Of a stretch of DNA of 64,000 nucleotides, positions 8,367 to 18,130 are shown piece by piece. A program made the position numbers and the translations under genes. Origin of the DNA: Bacillales bacterium (GTDB lineage Bacteria; Bacillota_I; Bacilli_A; RFN20; CAG-826). Every line of letters begins with the position of its first letter. Position 1 is the first letter of the stretch. The notes below the pieces were generated by a model. It made no database searches. It was given only the letters and a program-made list of their open reading frames with translations, and was not told where the DNA came from. The stretch lies in NCBI GenBank assembly GCA_052171195.1, contig JBQMZB010000001.1, forward strand, positions 1,735 through 65,734, read 5' to 3'.

Positions 8367-10517
8367 TTAATATGCTTGCTTAATTGATAATGAGATTCTT
8401 TTTTTATTGATATCTAAATCAATAACTTTAACTTTAACGATATCATTAACATTTAAAACATCAGTTATATCTTTAATATATTTGTTAGATATTTCACTAA
8501 TGTGGCATAAACCATCTTGATGAACATTTATATCAATAAAGACTCCAAAATCCATAATATTTCTAACAGTACCGTTAAGAATCATCCCTACTTTTAAGTC
8601 TTTAATATCTTTTACATCATTATTAAGTTCTACGATAGGTATATCTTCTCTTATATCTCTACCTGGTTTTTTTAATTCTTCAATAATATCTAATAAGGTT
8701 TCTCTACCTACATCTTTATTATTATTTAAATATTTTTCTATCTTAAATAATGATAATTTGTCTTTAATTACATCTTCATTATCATTTTTTAAATTAATCT
8801 TTGTTTCTTTTAAAATATCATTAGCTATATGATAACTTTCAGGATGTATTCCTGTATTATCTAAAGGATTTATAGAGTTAATAATTCTAAGAAAACCAAT
8901 TGATTGCTCAAAAGATTTATTCCCCATACCTTTTACTTCTTTTATTTCTTCTCTAGATTTAAACCCATTCCGTTTAACTCTTACATTATATATATTTTCT
9001 GCTAATGATTTAGAAATTCCAGAGATATATTTAAGAAGAGATATGGATGCACTATTTATATTAACACCAACTTTATTAACAACATCTTCAACAACATTAT
9101 TTAAAGAAAATTCAAGTTTCTTAGGTGTCATGTCGTGTTGATATTGCCCTACCCCAATCGCTTTAGGTTCAATTTTAACTAATTCTGCTAAAGGATCTTG
9201 AATTCTTCTTGCAAGTGAAATAGCGCTTCTTTCTTCAACATTTAAAGTTGGAAATTCTTCTTGACCAAGTTTAGAACCACTATAAACTGAAGCACCACTT
9301 TCATTAACTATAAATAGTTTAATTTTAGAAGTTAAATTATTATCTTTTAAGATTTTATTTAAAACAACTTCACTTTCTCTTGAAGCAGTTCCATTCCCTA
9401 AAGCTATATAATCTATATCGTTATTTAAAATAACATTGGTTAATTTTTTAATTTCATTATCTACTTTTTCTTGAGAATTAGCAGTGATGTAACTATGACC
9501 TACAAATTTATTATTACCAAACTTATCTACATAAGCATATTTACAACCTGTTCTAAATCCAGGATCAAATCCTAAAACATTAATATCTTTAATAGGCGGA
9601 TACATCAATAGTTGATATAAATTTTTCTTAAAAACTGAGATAGATTTTTCTTCTGCTTTACTAAATAAGTCAGTTCTAACTTCATTTTCAACACTAGGTA
9701 AAATTAATCTTGAAAGACTATCATCAATTGATGAATTTAATAAATTTAAATATAATTTTGATTTAATTATTTTATTTTGAATATATTCTTTAATTACATC
9801 AATATCATATTCAAGTTTAACTTTTAAACATTTTAATTTTTCACCTCTGTTAATTGCTAAAATACGATGTGAAGGAATTTTATTTATTGGTTCTTTATAA
9901 TCTTTATACATTGTAAATGTATCTTTTTCATCTTTATTTAATTCTTTAGTTTGAATTAAAGCATTGTTATATAAATATTTTTTAATAAAACTACGATAAT
10001 CAGCTTCATCACTAATTATTTCACTAATAATATCTAAGGCACCTTGAATTGCTTCATCATAATTATTAACTTTCTTTTCAGGATTAATAAATGAATTAAC
10101 ATATGCATCAAAATTATCTATAGCTTTTTGCTCAAAAATTAAAGTTGCTAAAGGTAATAAACCTTTCTCTTTTGCAATAGAAGCTCTAGTTTTTCTTTTT
10201 GGTTTATAAGGTCTATATAAATCTTCTAATTCTGCTAAAGTTAAAACATTATTGATTTTATCTTCTAATTCTTTTGTTAATTTATCTTGACTTCTAATTG
10301 AATTAATTACAGTAGTTATTCTTTCATCTAGATTTCTAAGATAAATTAGTCTTTCTTCTAAATTTCTAAGTTCTTCATCATTTAAATTATTCGTAGCTTC
10401 TTTTCTATATCTTGCAATAAAAGGAACAGTGTTTCCTTCATCTAAAAGTTCTATAGCTTTATTAACACTATTGATATTTAAATTTAATTCTTCGCTTATT
10501 CTTTTACTAATATTCAT
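8367..10517 (-). CDS. tex: Tex-family transcription accessory protein (YqgF/HhH/S1 domains)
   Basis: N-terminus VNKAIELLDEGNTVPFIARYRKE and C-terminal S1 domain (GTVRNIMDFGVFIDI), 716 aa. Confidence 0.9.
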   Translation of the reverse strand: MNISKRISEELNLNINSVNKAIELLDEGNTVPFIARYRKEATNNLNDEELRNLEERLIYLRNLDERITTVINSIRSQDKLTKELEDKINNVLTLAELEDLYRPYKPKRKTRASIAKEKGLLPLATLIFEQKAIDNFDAYVNSFINPEKKVNNYDEAIQGALDIISEIISDEADYRSFIKKYLYNNALIQTKELNKDEKDTFTMYKDYKEPINKIPSHRILAINRGEKLKCLKVKLEYDIDVIKEYIQNKIIKSKLYLNLLNSSIDDSLSRLILPSVENEVRTDLFSKAEEKSISVFKKNLYQLLMYPPIKDINVLGFDPGFRTGCKYAYVDKFGNNKFVGHSYITANSQEKVDNEIKKLTNVILNNDIDYIALGNGTASRESEVVLNKILKDNNLTSKIKLFIVNESGASVYSGSKLGQEEFPTLNVEERSAISLARRIQDPLAELVKIEPKAIGVGQYQHDMTPKKLEFSLNNVVEDVVNKVGVNINSASISLLKYISGISKSLAENIYNVRVKRNGFKSREEIKEVKGMGNKSFEQSIGFLRIINSINPLDNTGIHPESYHIANDILKETKINLKNDNEDVIKDKLSLFKIEKYLNNNKDVGRETLLDIIEELKKPGRDIREDIPIVELNNDVKDIKDLKVGMILNGTVRNIMDFGVFIDINVHQDGLCHISEISNKYIKDITDVLNVNDIVKVKVIDLDINKKRISLSIKQAY

Positions 10518-10518
10518 T

Positions 10519-12921
10519 TTACTTTACCACAATATTTATAATTTTATTTTTTATATAAATCGTTTTAATGATTGTTTTATTATCAATAAACTTTTTAACA
10601 TTTTCATTGTTATATGATAATTCTTTTATTTTCTCTTCTTCTAAGTTCTTATCTACTTCAATTGTTCCTCTTAATTTCCCATTAACTTGAATAGCTATCG
10701 TAACATTATTTAAAACAATTTTACTTTCATCATATGTTGGCCATTCTTCATATGTAATTGTATTATTATGTCCTAACATTTGCCAAATTTCTTCAGATAT
10801 AAACGGACAAATACAAGAAAACATTTTTATAAAGTTTTCAAAATATGGAAGATAAATTAAATCAACTTTATAAAATTCATTAATTAAAATCATCATTTGT
10901 GAAATAGCTGTGTTAAATTGAAGATTACTGAAATCTTCACTTATTTTTTTAACTGAATAATTATAAATATAATCTAATTTATTATCATTATTTTTAACTA
11001 ATTTTTTACTTAAAGTTTCATCATCTATCAATCTAAATATACGTTCGATAAATCTTCTGCTTCCATCAAGTCCAGAATTACTCCAAGGTAAAGCGGCTTC
11101 TAATGGTCCCATAAACATTTCATATAATCTCAATGTATCAGCGCCATATTTTTCACATATATCATCAGGATTAACCACATTGCCTCTAGATTTTGACATT
11201 TTTTCGTTGTTTTCTCCTAAAATTAAACCTTGATGGAATAATTTCTTAAAAGGTTCTTTACAAGAAACAATCTTTTCATCATATAAAAATTTATGGAAAA
11301 ATCTTGCATATAGTAAATGCAATACAGCGTGCTCAGCTCCTCCAATATATAAATCTACTGGTAACCAATGGTCAAGAAGTTCTTTGGAAGCTATTTCTTT
11401 ATCGTTATGCGGATCAATATATCTTAAATAATACCAACAACTTCCAGCCCATTGAGGCATGGTATTTGTCTCTCTTTTATAAATTTTATTATCTATTTTT
11501 ACATTTACCCATTCATCTAATCTAGATAATGGTGATTCACCATTTTTTCCAGGTTGGTATTTATCCATATTTGGTAAAATTAAAGGTAAATCTTTATAAT
11601 CAACACCTTTTAAATTACCATTTTCATCATGAAGAATTGGGATAGGTTCGCCCCAATATCTTTGTCTTGAAAATAGCCAATCACGTAATTTGTAATTTTT
11701 TTGATAATGTCCTTTATTTAAAGATATTAATTTATCTGTAATTAATTTTTTACCTTCTTCAATATATTTACCATTTATAAAATCACTGTTAATATGTTTT
11801 CCATCATTAACATATGCATTTAAAGAAATATCTCCTTCAATTACTTGTTTTATAGGTAGATTATATTTTTTTGCAAATGCATAATCTCTTTCATCATGTG
11901 CAGGAACAGCCATAACAGCTCCACAACCATAACTTCCTAAAACATAATCTCCGATAAATATTGGTACTTTTTCATTATTTATCGGATTAAGTGCATATCT
12001 TCCGATAAATACGCCTGTTTTTTCCTTATTAAGTTCACTTCTATCTAAATCACTTTTATAAGAAGCTTCTTCTATATATTTTAAAACTTCTTCTTTTTTA
12101 TCATCACTAACTAGATCTTTAACTAAAGGATGTTCTGGAGCTAAAACACAATAGGAACAACCAAATAATGTATCAGCTCTTGTGGTAAATATTTCAAAAG
12201 ATTTATCTGAATCAACAACATCAAAACTTATAACTGTTCCAAATGATTTACCAATCCAGTTATGTTGCATTTCCAAAGTTGATTTTGGCCAATCAAGTCC
12301 TTCCAAATCTTCATCTAATCTATCAGCATACTCAGTAATTTTTAATACCCATTGTCTTAAAGGCATTCTTATAACAGGATAATCACCTCTCTCGCTTCTT
12401 CCATTTATTACTTCTTCATTAGCTAAAACAGTACCAAGTTCAGGACAAAAATTTACAGGTTTATAATCAATATATGCTAAACCTTTATCAAACATCTTTA
12501 AGAATATATATTGTGTCCATTTATAATAAGAAGTATCACATGTGGTAATTTCTCTATCATAGTCATAAGAAAAACCTAACATCTTCAGTTGTCTTCTAAA
12601 ATTATTAATATTTTTTAAAGTAAATTCCCAAGGATGTTTATTCATTTTCATCGCAAATTGTTCCGCTGGAAGACCAAAAGCATCCCAGCCAATTGGATGC
12701 AAAACATTAAATCCTTGCATTCTTTTCATTCTTGAAACAATATCTGTAGCAGTGTAACCTTCTGGATGACCAACATGTAAGCCTTCTCCAGATGGATAAG
12801 GAAACATATCTAAAGCATAATATTTAGGTTTAGAAAAATCTGATGTATCACATCTAAAAGTTTTATTTTCTTCCCAATATTTTGCCCATTTTTTCTCAAT
12901 TTCTAAATGATTATAACTCAT
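10519..12921 (-). CDS. leuS: Leucyl-tRNA synthetase
   Basis: [18 protein letters not shown] (HIGH) and KMSKS (EKMSKSRGN), 800 aa. Confidence 0.95.
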   Translation of the reverse strand: MSYNHLEIEKKWAKYWEENKTFRCDTSDFSKPKYYALDMFPYPSGEGLHVGHPEGYTATDIVSRMKRMQGFNVLHPIGWDAFGLPAEQFAMKMNKHPWEFTLKNINNFRRQLKMLGFSYDYDREITTCDTSYYKWTQYIFLKMFDKGLAYIDYKPVNFCPELGTVLANEEVINGRSERGDYPVIRMPLRQWVLKITEYADRLDEDLEGLDWPKSTLEMQHNWIGKSFGTVISFDVVDSDKSFEIFTTRADTLFGCSYCVLAPEHPLVKDLVSDDKKEEVLKYIEEASYKSDLDRSELNKEKTGVFIGRYALNPINNEKVPIFIGDYVLGSYGCGAVMAVPAHDERDYAFAKKYNLPIKQVIEGDISLNAYVNDGKHINSDFINGKYIEEGKKLITDKLISLNKGHYQKNYKLRDWLFSRQRYWGEPIPILHDENGNLKGVDYKDLPLILPNMDKYQPGKNGESPLSRLDEWVNVKIDNKIYKRETNTMPQWAGSCWYYLRYIDPHNDKEIASKELLDHWLPVDLYIGGAEHAVLHLLYARFFHKFLYDEKIVSCKEPFKKLFHQGLILGENNEKMSKSRGNVVNPDDICEKYGADTLRLYEMFMGPLEAALPWSNSGLDGSRRFIERIFRLIDDETLSKKLVKNNDNKLDYIYNYSVKKISEDFSNLQFNTAISQMMILINEFYKVDLIYLPYFENFIKMFSCICPFISEEIWQMLGHNNTITYEEWPTYDESKIVLNNVTIAIQVNGKLRGTIEVDKNLEEEKIKELSYNNENVKKFIDNKTIIKTIYIKNKIINIVVK

Positions 12922-12932
12922 AAATTCTCCTT

Positions 12933-12964
12933 TAAAAAAGTCCTTAGAAAATAATTCTAAGGAC
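12933..12964 (-). terminator. T-box attenuator terminator
   Basis: GTCCTTAGAA-loop-TTCTAAGGAC (12940-12964) followed by TTTTTT on the minus strand. Confidence 0.8.
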
Positions 12965-13105
12965 GTTAATAACGCGGTACCACCTTAGTTCTTCTTATCT
13001 AAATTTAAGAAGCACTTAATTAATAAACACAAATTTGGTGAGATTTTATTATTAACTGTTATTTTTCACCAACCAATAACTCTCTAGTAAGTAAATTAAT
13101 AAATT
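12933..13105 (-). promoter_or_regulatory. T-box leader (tRNA-Leu-sensing riboswitch) of leuS
   Basis: Minus strand reads AGAGAG (13080-13085) ... GGTTGGTGAAAA ... AAATCTCACC (candidate specifier CUC followed by A, 13040-13042) ... AAGGTGGTACCGCG (T-box core, 12973-12984), then a terminator hairpin and T-run just before the RBS. Confidence 0.8.
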
Positions 13106-13189
13106 ATTCCAAACTTAAATAATTTTATCATATTTTAAGTATTATTAAAATATTTTAATAATTTATTTTACAAATAATTAGTTATTGAT

Positions 13190-13444
13190 TTATTTTTCTT
13201 TATGGTCACAGTTATGTTGATGACAGCAGCAACATCCATGATCACTGCATTCTTCTTCTTTTTTATTTTTTTGACATTGTTTTTTATAAGAACAGCAAGA
13301 ACATTCTCCTGTAGGAATATGTTTTACTTTTTTATAAATAAATGAAGCAATGAATGCTATTAAAACTACTGCAATAAATATAATTGTACATATTTCAATA
13401 ATTTTAACGTTATTAGCTTTTGCTAAAATATTTAAATAATTCAT
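13190..13444 (-). CDS. FeoB-associated Cys-rich small membrane protein
   Basis: One N-terminal TM helix, then a tail CSCCSYKKQC...CSDHGCCCCHQHNCDH. Start lies 2 nt after the feoB stop. Confidence 0.6.
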   Translation of the reverse strand: MNYLNILAKANNVKIIEICTIIFIAVVLIAFIASFIYKKVKHIPTGECSCCSYKKQCQKNKKEEECSDHGCCCCHQHNCDHKEK

Positions 13445-13445
13445 A

Positions 13446-15758
13446 TTAACTTAATTTCAACTTTCTATTTCTAAATTTTTTATTATAGATATAAATCAAT
13501 AGTCCTATTAATATTGCTAATGCAATATATATGAATGCAGTCCACCAATATTTTCCAATAATGTAAATCGCACTACTTACAACTGCAGATGTTAATAACC
13601 AGAATCCAATAGTGTATTTTAATTGTCCTTTTGGAAGTTCAGCTTTAGCAGTAGCAACTGCAGCAAAACATGGAATTGTAGTCATATTAAATGCAATATA
13701 TGCAAGTAATGCTTCTTTACTAATTCCAGTAGCGATAATCATTTGTTGAACTTTTGCAACATCTTCAATTTCTTCTGGATCAATTTCACCTGCTCCATTA
13801 GCAGCAGCAATACAAGCAGCTAAGACTCCAAATGTTGCAATAACATTTTCTTTAGCAACAAGACCTGTAATAGCAGCAACTGCAAAGACCCAACCCCATT
13901 TTGGATTTAATTGGTTTCCAAAACCAAATGGAGTAAATAAAGGTTTGATAAATTGACCTAAACTTGCAATGATTGAACGATCAATTTCTGCATCTTCAAG
14001 CATTTTCCAATCCCAAGTAAAGTGTAAGAATAACCAAATTAAGATTGTAGAAACTAAAATAATGGTGAAAGCTTTTTTAATAAAGTGTTTTAATTTATCC
14101 CAAAGGTGAATCATTAATGATTTAAATTGAGGAGCATGATATGCTGGAAGTTCCATAATGAATGGAGGAACATCTCCTTTTAAAGAGGTATGTCTCATAA
14201 CAATTAAAGTTATAATAGCAGTTACCATACCTAATATATACATTGAGAATACAATTAAATCAGTATTTGAGAAAGAGAATTGAGCTACGATAGCACCAGC
14301 GCAAGCAAGTAAAATAGGTAATTTTGCTTGACATGAGAAGAATGGGATAACTCTTATTGTGGCAATTCTTTCTTTTTCATCTGCTAATGTTCTTGTGTTA
14401 ACCATAGCAGGAATACTACAACCAAATCCCATAATCATAGGCATAAAACTTCTACCAGATAAACCAAATTTTCTAAAGATTCTATCGAGAATAAAAGCAA
14501 CACGAGCCATATAACCAGTATCTTCTAAAATACAGAAGAATAAGAATAATAAGAGAATTTGAGGAACAAATGATAATACATTTAATAAACCTTCTAAAAG
14601 ACCATCGCCAATAAATGCAGGTATCCATTCTGCACCTTCGCAAGGTCCAAGAAGTTTTAAAATCCAAACCCTAATATTTTCTAAACAACCCATTAATAAA
14701 GATTGTAAGAATACACCAGGAGAATTTAATCCTTTTTCAGTTGCAAACAACTCTTCAAAGAAAGTTTCAACTCCTTCAACGGCACTTTTAAATCCTAAAG
14801 GTTCATGAATAAATTTATTTAAGAATAAAAAGTTTTCACTGAAAGTAAAGTGGAAGATTACAAACATGAAAACTAAGAAAATAGGAATACCAACAAATTT
14901 ATTTGTAAATATTTTATCGATTTTATCTGATTTAGATAATTTCCCTGTTTCTTTTTTAACAACCTTTTTGCTTTTTTCATTTTGTTCAAAAATAACATCA
15001 TTGAATTTTTTAGATATATATTTATATCTTGCATCTGCTACTATTGCTTCAAAATCATCAGCAAATACATCATCTTTAAATGTTTCTTTAAAATCTTTAA
15101 CGATTTTTACTAAATCTCCGTGATTTTTGACTTCAATTTCATCTAATTCAATAAGTTTAATAGCGTGGAATAATGGGTGTGATACTTCTTTTCCTTTAAA
15201 TGCTATTGTGCAGTCATTTATTAAATGTTTTAAATCTTTATTTTGGATAATTGTTTTACCTACTCTTTTTTCTTTTGAAAAATCATAAGCAACTTTCATT
15301 AATTTATGAATATTTTTTTGTTTTAAAGCACTTATTTCTACAACTGGTACACCTAATTCTTGTTGAAGCTTATCAATATCAATTTTTAGATGTTTATTTT
15401 CTAAAAGATCGCACATATTTAAAGCAACAACAACTGGTACATCCATTTCTAATAATTGTGTTGTTAAATATAAATTACGTTCTAAGTTAGTTACGTCTAC
15501 GATATTTATGACACAATTAACATTTTCATCTAAAATAAAATTTCTAGAAATAACTTCTTCAGGTGAGTATGGAGATAAGCTATAAATACCTGGTAAATCT
15601 ACTACGTTGATTTTTTCTGGTAATTTTTTATAATAACCTTCTAATTTATCAACTGTAACTCCAGGCCAGTTACCTACATATGCTGTGGATTTAGTTAATG
15701 TATTAAATAATGTGGTTTTTCCTGAGTTAGGATTACCAGCTAATGCAAATTTTATCAT
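13446..15758 (-). CDS. feoB: Ferrous iron transporter FeoB
   Basis: N-terminal G domain (GNPNSGKTTLFN, DLPG) plus a polytopic membrane domain, 770 aa. Confidence 0.95.
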   Translation of the reverse strand: MIKFALAGNPNSGKTTLFNTLTKSTAYVGNWPGVTVDKLEGYYKKLPEKINVVDLPGIYSLSPYSPEEVISRNFILDENVNCVINIVDVTNLERNLYLTTQLLEMDVPVVVALNMCDLLENKHLKIDIDKLQQELGVPVVEISALKQKNIHKLMKVAYDFSKEKRVGKTIIQNKDLKHLINDCTIAFKGKEVSHPLFHAIKLIELDEIEVKNHGDLVKIVKDFKETFKDDVFADDFEAIVADARYKYISKKFNDVIFEQNEKSKKVVKKETGKLSKSDKIDKIFTNKFVGIPIFLVFMFVIFHFTFSENFLFLNKFIHEPLGFKSAVEGVETFFEELFATEKGLNSPGVFLQSLLMGCLENIRVWILKLLGPCEGAEWIPAFIGDGLLEGLLNVLSFVPQILLLFLFFCILEDTGYMARVAFILDRIFRKFGLSGRSFMPMIMGFGCSIPAMVNTRTLADEKERIATIRVIPFFSCQAKLPILLACAGAIVAQFSFSNTDLIVFSMYILGMVTAIITLIVMRHTSLKGDVPPFIMELPAYHAPQFKSLMIHLWDKLKHFIKKAFTIILVSTILIWLFLHFTWDWKMLEDAEIDRSIIASLGQFIKPLFTPFGFGNQLNPKWGWVFAVAAITGLVAKENVIATFGVLAACIAAANGAGEIDPEEIEDVAKVQQMIIATGISKEALLAYIAFNMTTIPCFAAVATAKAELPKGQLKYTIGFWLLTSAVVSSAIYIIGKYWWTAFIYIALAILIGLLIYIYNKKFRNRKLKLS

Positions 15759-15759
15759 A

Positions 15760-15993
15760 TTACTTTATCACCTCTACAACAATGTCTTTAGCTTCGTCTT
15801 TTCTTAAACTTAACTCATATCCTCTTAAGTTTAATTCAATTGGATCTCCTAAAGGTGCTTTCTTTCTAAGAAATACTTCGCAACCTGGCGTAAGACCCAT
15901 GTCAAATAGTCTTCTTCTAATCTTTCCTTCTCCGGTTACTTTAACAATTTTTGCTTTTTCACCTACTTGAAGTTCTGCAAGTATTTTCGTCAT
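15760..15993 (-). CDS. feoA: FeoA family protein
   Basis: 77 aa SH3-like FeoA pattern (L..L..G....I..V......RRL.DMG..PG..V). Confidence 0.85.
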   Translation of the reverse strand: MTKILAELQVGEKAKIVKVTGEGKIRRRLFDMGLTPGCEVFLRKKAPLGDPIELNLRGYELSLRKDEAKDIVVEVIK

Positions 15994-16005
15994 AATAAAT
16001 CCTTC

Positions 16006-16221
16006 CTAACATTTAACTAATATTTTAGTAGCAGTTTCCTTATCAAGAGCTAATCTACCATCTTTGATTAGGATAATCACACCATTAGAATCTTTACTTA
16101 AAAGTTTGAATTTAGAGTTTATTGTTATCCCTAAATTTTCTAAATGCTTTTTTACTTTTCCTGATAATAGAACTTTAACTACTACTAATTCAATATCAAG
16201 TGGCGCTATAATTAATGGCAT
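16006..16221 (-). CDS. feoA: FeoA family protein (second copy)
   Basis: 71 aa, LENLGITINSKFKLL and position as first gene of the feo operon. RBS AAGGAG upstream. Confidence 0.7.
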   Translation of the reverse strand: MPLIIAPLDIELVVVKVLLSGKVKKHLENLGITINSKFKLLSKDSNGVIILIKDGRLALDKETATKILVKC

Positions 16222-16236
16222 AAATCTCCTTTCTAA

Positions 16237-16257
16237 AGATATTTAGTTTAAATATCT
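16237..16257. promoter_or_regulatory. Candidate metalloregulator operator (AGATATTTA-GTT-TAAATATCT)
   Basis: Perfect 9-bp inverted repeat immediately upstream of the feoA RBS, in the divergent feo / DtxR-family intergenic region. Confidence 0.45.
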
Positions 16258-16336
16258 ATATTAATTTAACACAAAATAATAATAGTTTTCAATAACAAGT
16301 TAGTACTTGCTATCACTGTGTTAGTTAAAAAAATTG

Positions 16337-16348
16337 TTAAATATCTAT
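16337..16348. promoter_or_regulatory. Second copy of the 12-mer TTAAATATCTAT (half-site) near the regulator gene promoter
   Basis: Identical 12-mer to 16248-16259, about 30 bp upstream of the regulator ATG. Confidence 0.35.
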
Positions 16349-16380
16349 TGTTTTTTATATAAATATGATATTATAAAGAC

Positions 16381-16755
16381 ATGAATAAATTACAATCTAC
16401 CCAAGACTACTTGGAAACAATCCTCATCCTCTCTGAAGAAAAAGGCAATGTTAGAGCTATTGACATTGCAAAACATCTTCAATACTCCAGAGCAAGTATT
16501 TCAATTGCTTTAAAAAAATTAAAAGCCGATGGTTATGTTAAAGATAGTGATAAAGATAGTTATATCCGCTTAACACGTAAAGGAGCTAGAATTGCCCGTG
16601 ATATCTACGAAAAACACGAAACTTTAACTCAATTATTTATTTCTTTAGGCGTTAATCCTGAAATTGCTGAAGCTGATGCTTGTAAAATTGAACATTATTT
16701 AAGTGATGAAACTTTTAAGAAAATCAAAAAGCATTACGCAAAACACATTAAATAA
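16381..16755 (+). CDS. DtxR/MntR-family metal-dependent transcriptional regulator
   Basis: QDYLETILILSEEKGNVRAIDIAKHLQYSRASISIALKKL winged-HTH plus the helical metal-binding/dimerisation region, 124 aa. Confidence 0.8.
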   Translation: MNKLQSTQDYLETILILSEEKGNVRAIDIAKHLQYSRASISIALKKLKADGYVKDSDKDSYIRLTRKGARIARDIYEKHETLTQLFISLGVNPEIAEADACKIEHYLSDETFKKIKKHYAKHIK

Positions 16756-16782
16756 ATAATTAAAAGAAAATTATAAAATAAA

Positions 16783-16817
16783 ATCCTCTTTAAAGAAAAA
16801 TGAAGAGGATTTTTTTG
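16783..16817 (+). terminator. Rho-independent terminator after the regulator gene
   Basis: ATCCTCTT (16783-16790) / AAGAGGAT (16803-16810) followed by TTTTTTT. Confidence 0.75.
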
Positions 16818-17087
16818 TTTAGTTTTTAATAAGTTATTTAACTTTTAAATAAAAATAAACTTAAAAATAACTAACTTATATCAATAATAATCACTAAAAA
16901 ATATTTTTAAAAAAATTCAAAAATTGAATAAAAAATATATATATTAGATTTTTTATATTGATTTTATAAATATATATTTAAAAATATAAAATATTGTTAT
17001 TAATATTGTTAATATTAATATATTTATAATATTTGTTGTTTATAAGTTATAATATATATAGTAAAATAAAGTGTTGAGGGAATTAAA

Positions 17088-17909
17088 ATGAAATTTAAAA
17101 TTATATCTGATAGCAGTTCAAATTTAAATAATAATTATATTAACAAAGAAAATATAATTTTTGAGATAGCACCTCTAACTATTTTTATTGGAGATGAACA
17201 ATTTATTGATAATGATGATATAGATACTAATTTAATGCTTGATAAACTTAAAAATCTAAAATTAAAAACTCACACATCTTGTCCATCAAGTTATGAATTT
17301 GAAAATAGATTAAATGATTGTGATTATTACTTTATTGTTACTATCTCATCAAAATTATCAGGTTCATATAATTCCGCATTAATCGCTAGCCAAGATAAAG
17401 ATAATGTATTAGTTATTGATAGTAAACTAGCAGGAGGATCTTTAAAACTTATCGTAGATAAACTTGAAGAATTAATTGAACAAGGTCTCTCGTTTAAAGA
17501 AATATCCGAACAAATCTTAAAATATCGTGATGAATTAAATACTTATTTTATTCTTGATAACTTTGATAATTTAGTCAGAAACGGAAGAATGAATAAAATT
17601 ATTGCATTTATTGCAACTCACGCTCATATTAAACCTTTATGTTATGGTTCTGAAGGTGAGATTAAAATAAAAGCGAAGGTTAGAACAATGAATGGTTGTT
17701 TAGTTGTATTAGCTAATGAAATATCTAAAATATTAAATAATAATATTAATAAAAAAATAGTTATTAATCATACTAATAACGTTGATGGCGCAAAATATCT
17801 TAAAAGAATTTTAGAAAATAAATTCAATTTTAATAATATAGAAATATCATCAAATAAAGGATTATGCGCTTTTTATAGCCTAGAAGGCGGAATTATTGCA
17901 TCATTTTAA
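17088..17909 (+). CDS. DegV-family fatty-acid-binding protein
   Basis: N-terminal KIISDSSSNL and overall DegV length (273 aa) and pattern. Confidence 0.75.
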   Translation: MKFKIISDSSSNLNNNYINKENIIFEIAPLTIFIGDEQFIDNDDIDTNLMLDKLKNLKLKTHTSCPSSYEFENRLNDCDYYFIVTISSKLSGSYNSALIASQDKDNVLVIDSKLAGGSLKLIVDKLEELIEQGLSFKEISEQILKYRDELNTYFILDNFDNLVRNGRMNKIIAFIATHAHIKPLCYGSEGEIKIKAKVRTMNGCLVVLANEISKILNNNINKKIVINHTNNVDGAKYLKRILENKFNFNNIEISSNKGLCAFYSLEGGIIASF

Positions 17910-17944
17910 ATTATTTTAGATTAATTAATTTTAATTAAATAAAA

Positions 17945-17969
17945 AACCTTGATACTTAATATCAAGGTT
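17945..17969. terminator. Bidirectional terminator hairpin (degV / tRNA-Cys)
   Basis: AACCTTGATA / TATCAAGGTT stem flanked by an A-run upstream and a T-run downstream. Confidence 0.7.
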
Positions 17970-17981
17970 TTATTTTTATTC

Positions 17982-18056
17982 TGGAGCTTCCAGACGGATT
18001 TGAACCATCGATCGTTGAGTTGCAGTCAACTGCCTTACCAGCTTGGCTATGGAAGC
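17982..18056 (-). tRNA. tRNA-Cys (GCA)
   Basis: Cloverleaf folded by hand: acceptor GCTTCCA/TGGAAGC, anticodon loop CTGCAAC, T-loop TTCAAAT, discriminator U73, encoded CCA. Confidence 0.9.
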
Positions 18057-18130
18057 AAGTGTTATTAATATAACATATTTCTTTATAAAAATATAGATAA
18101 ATATTATATTAATAACTAAAAAATCAAATA

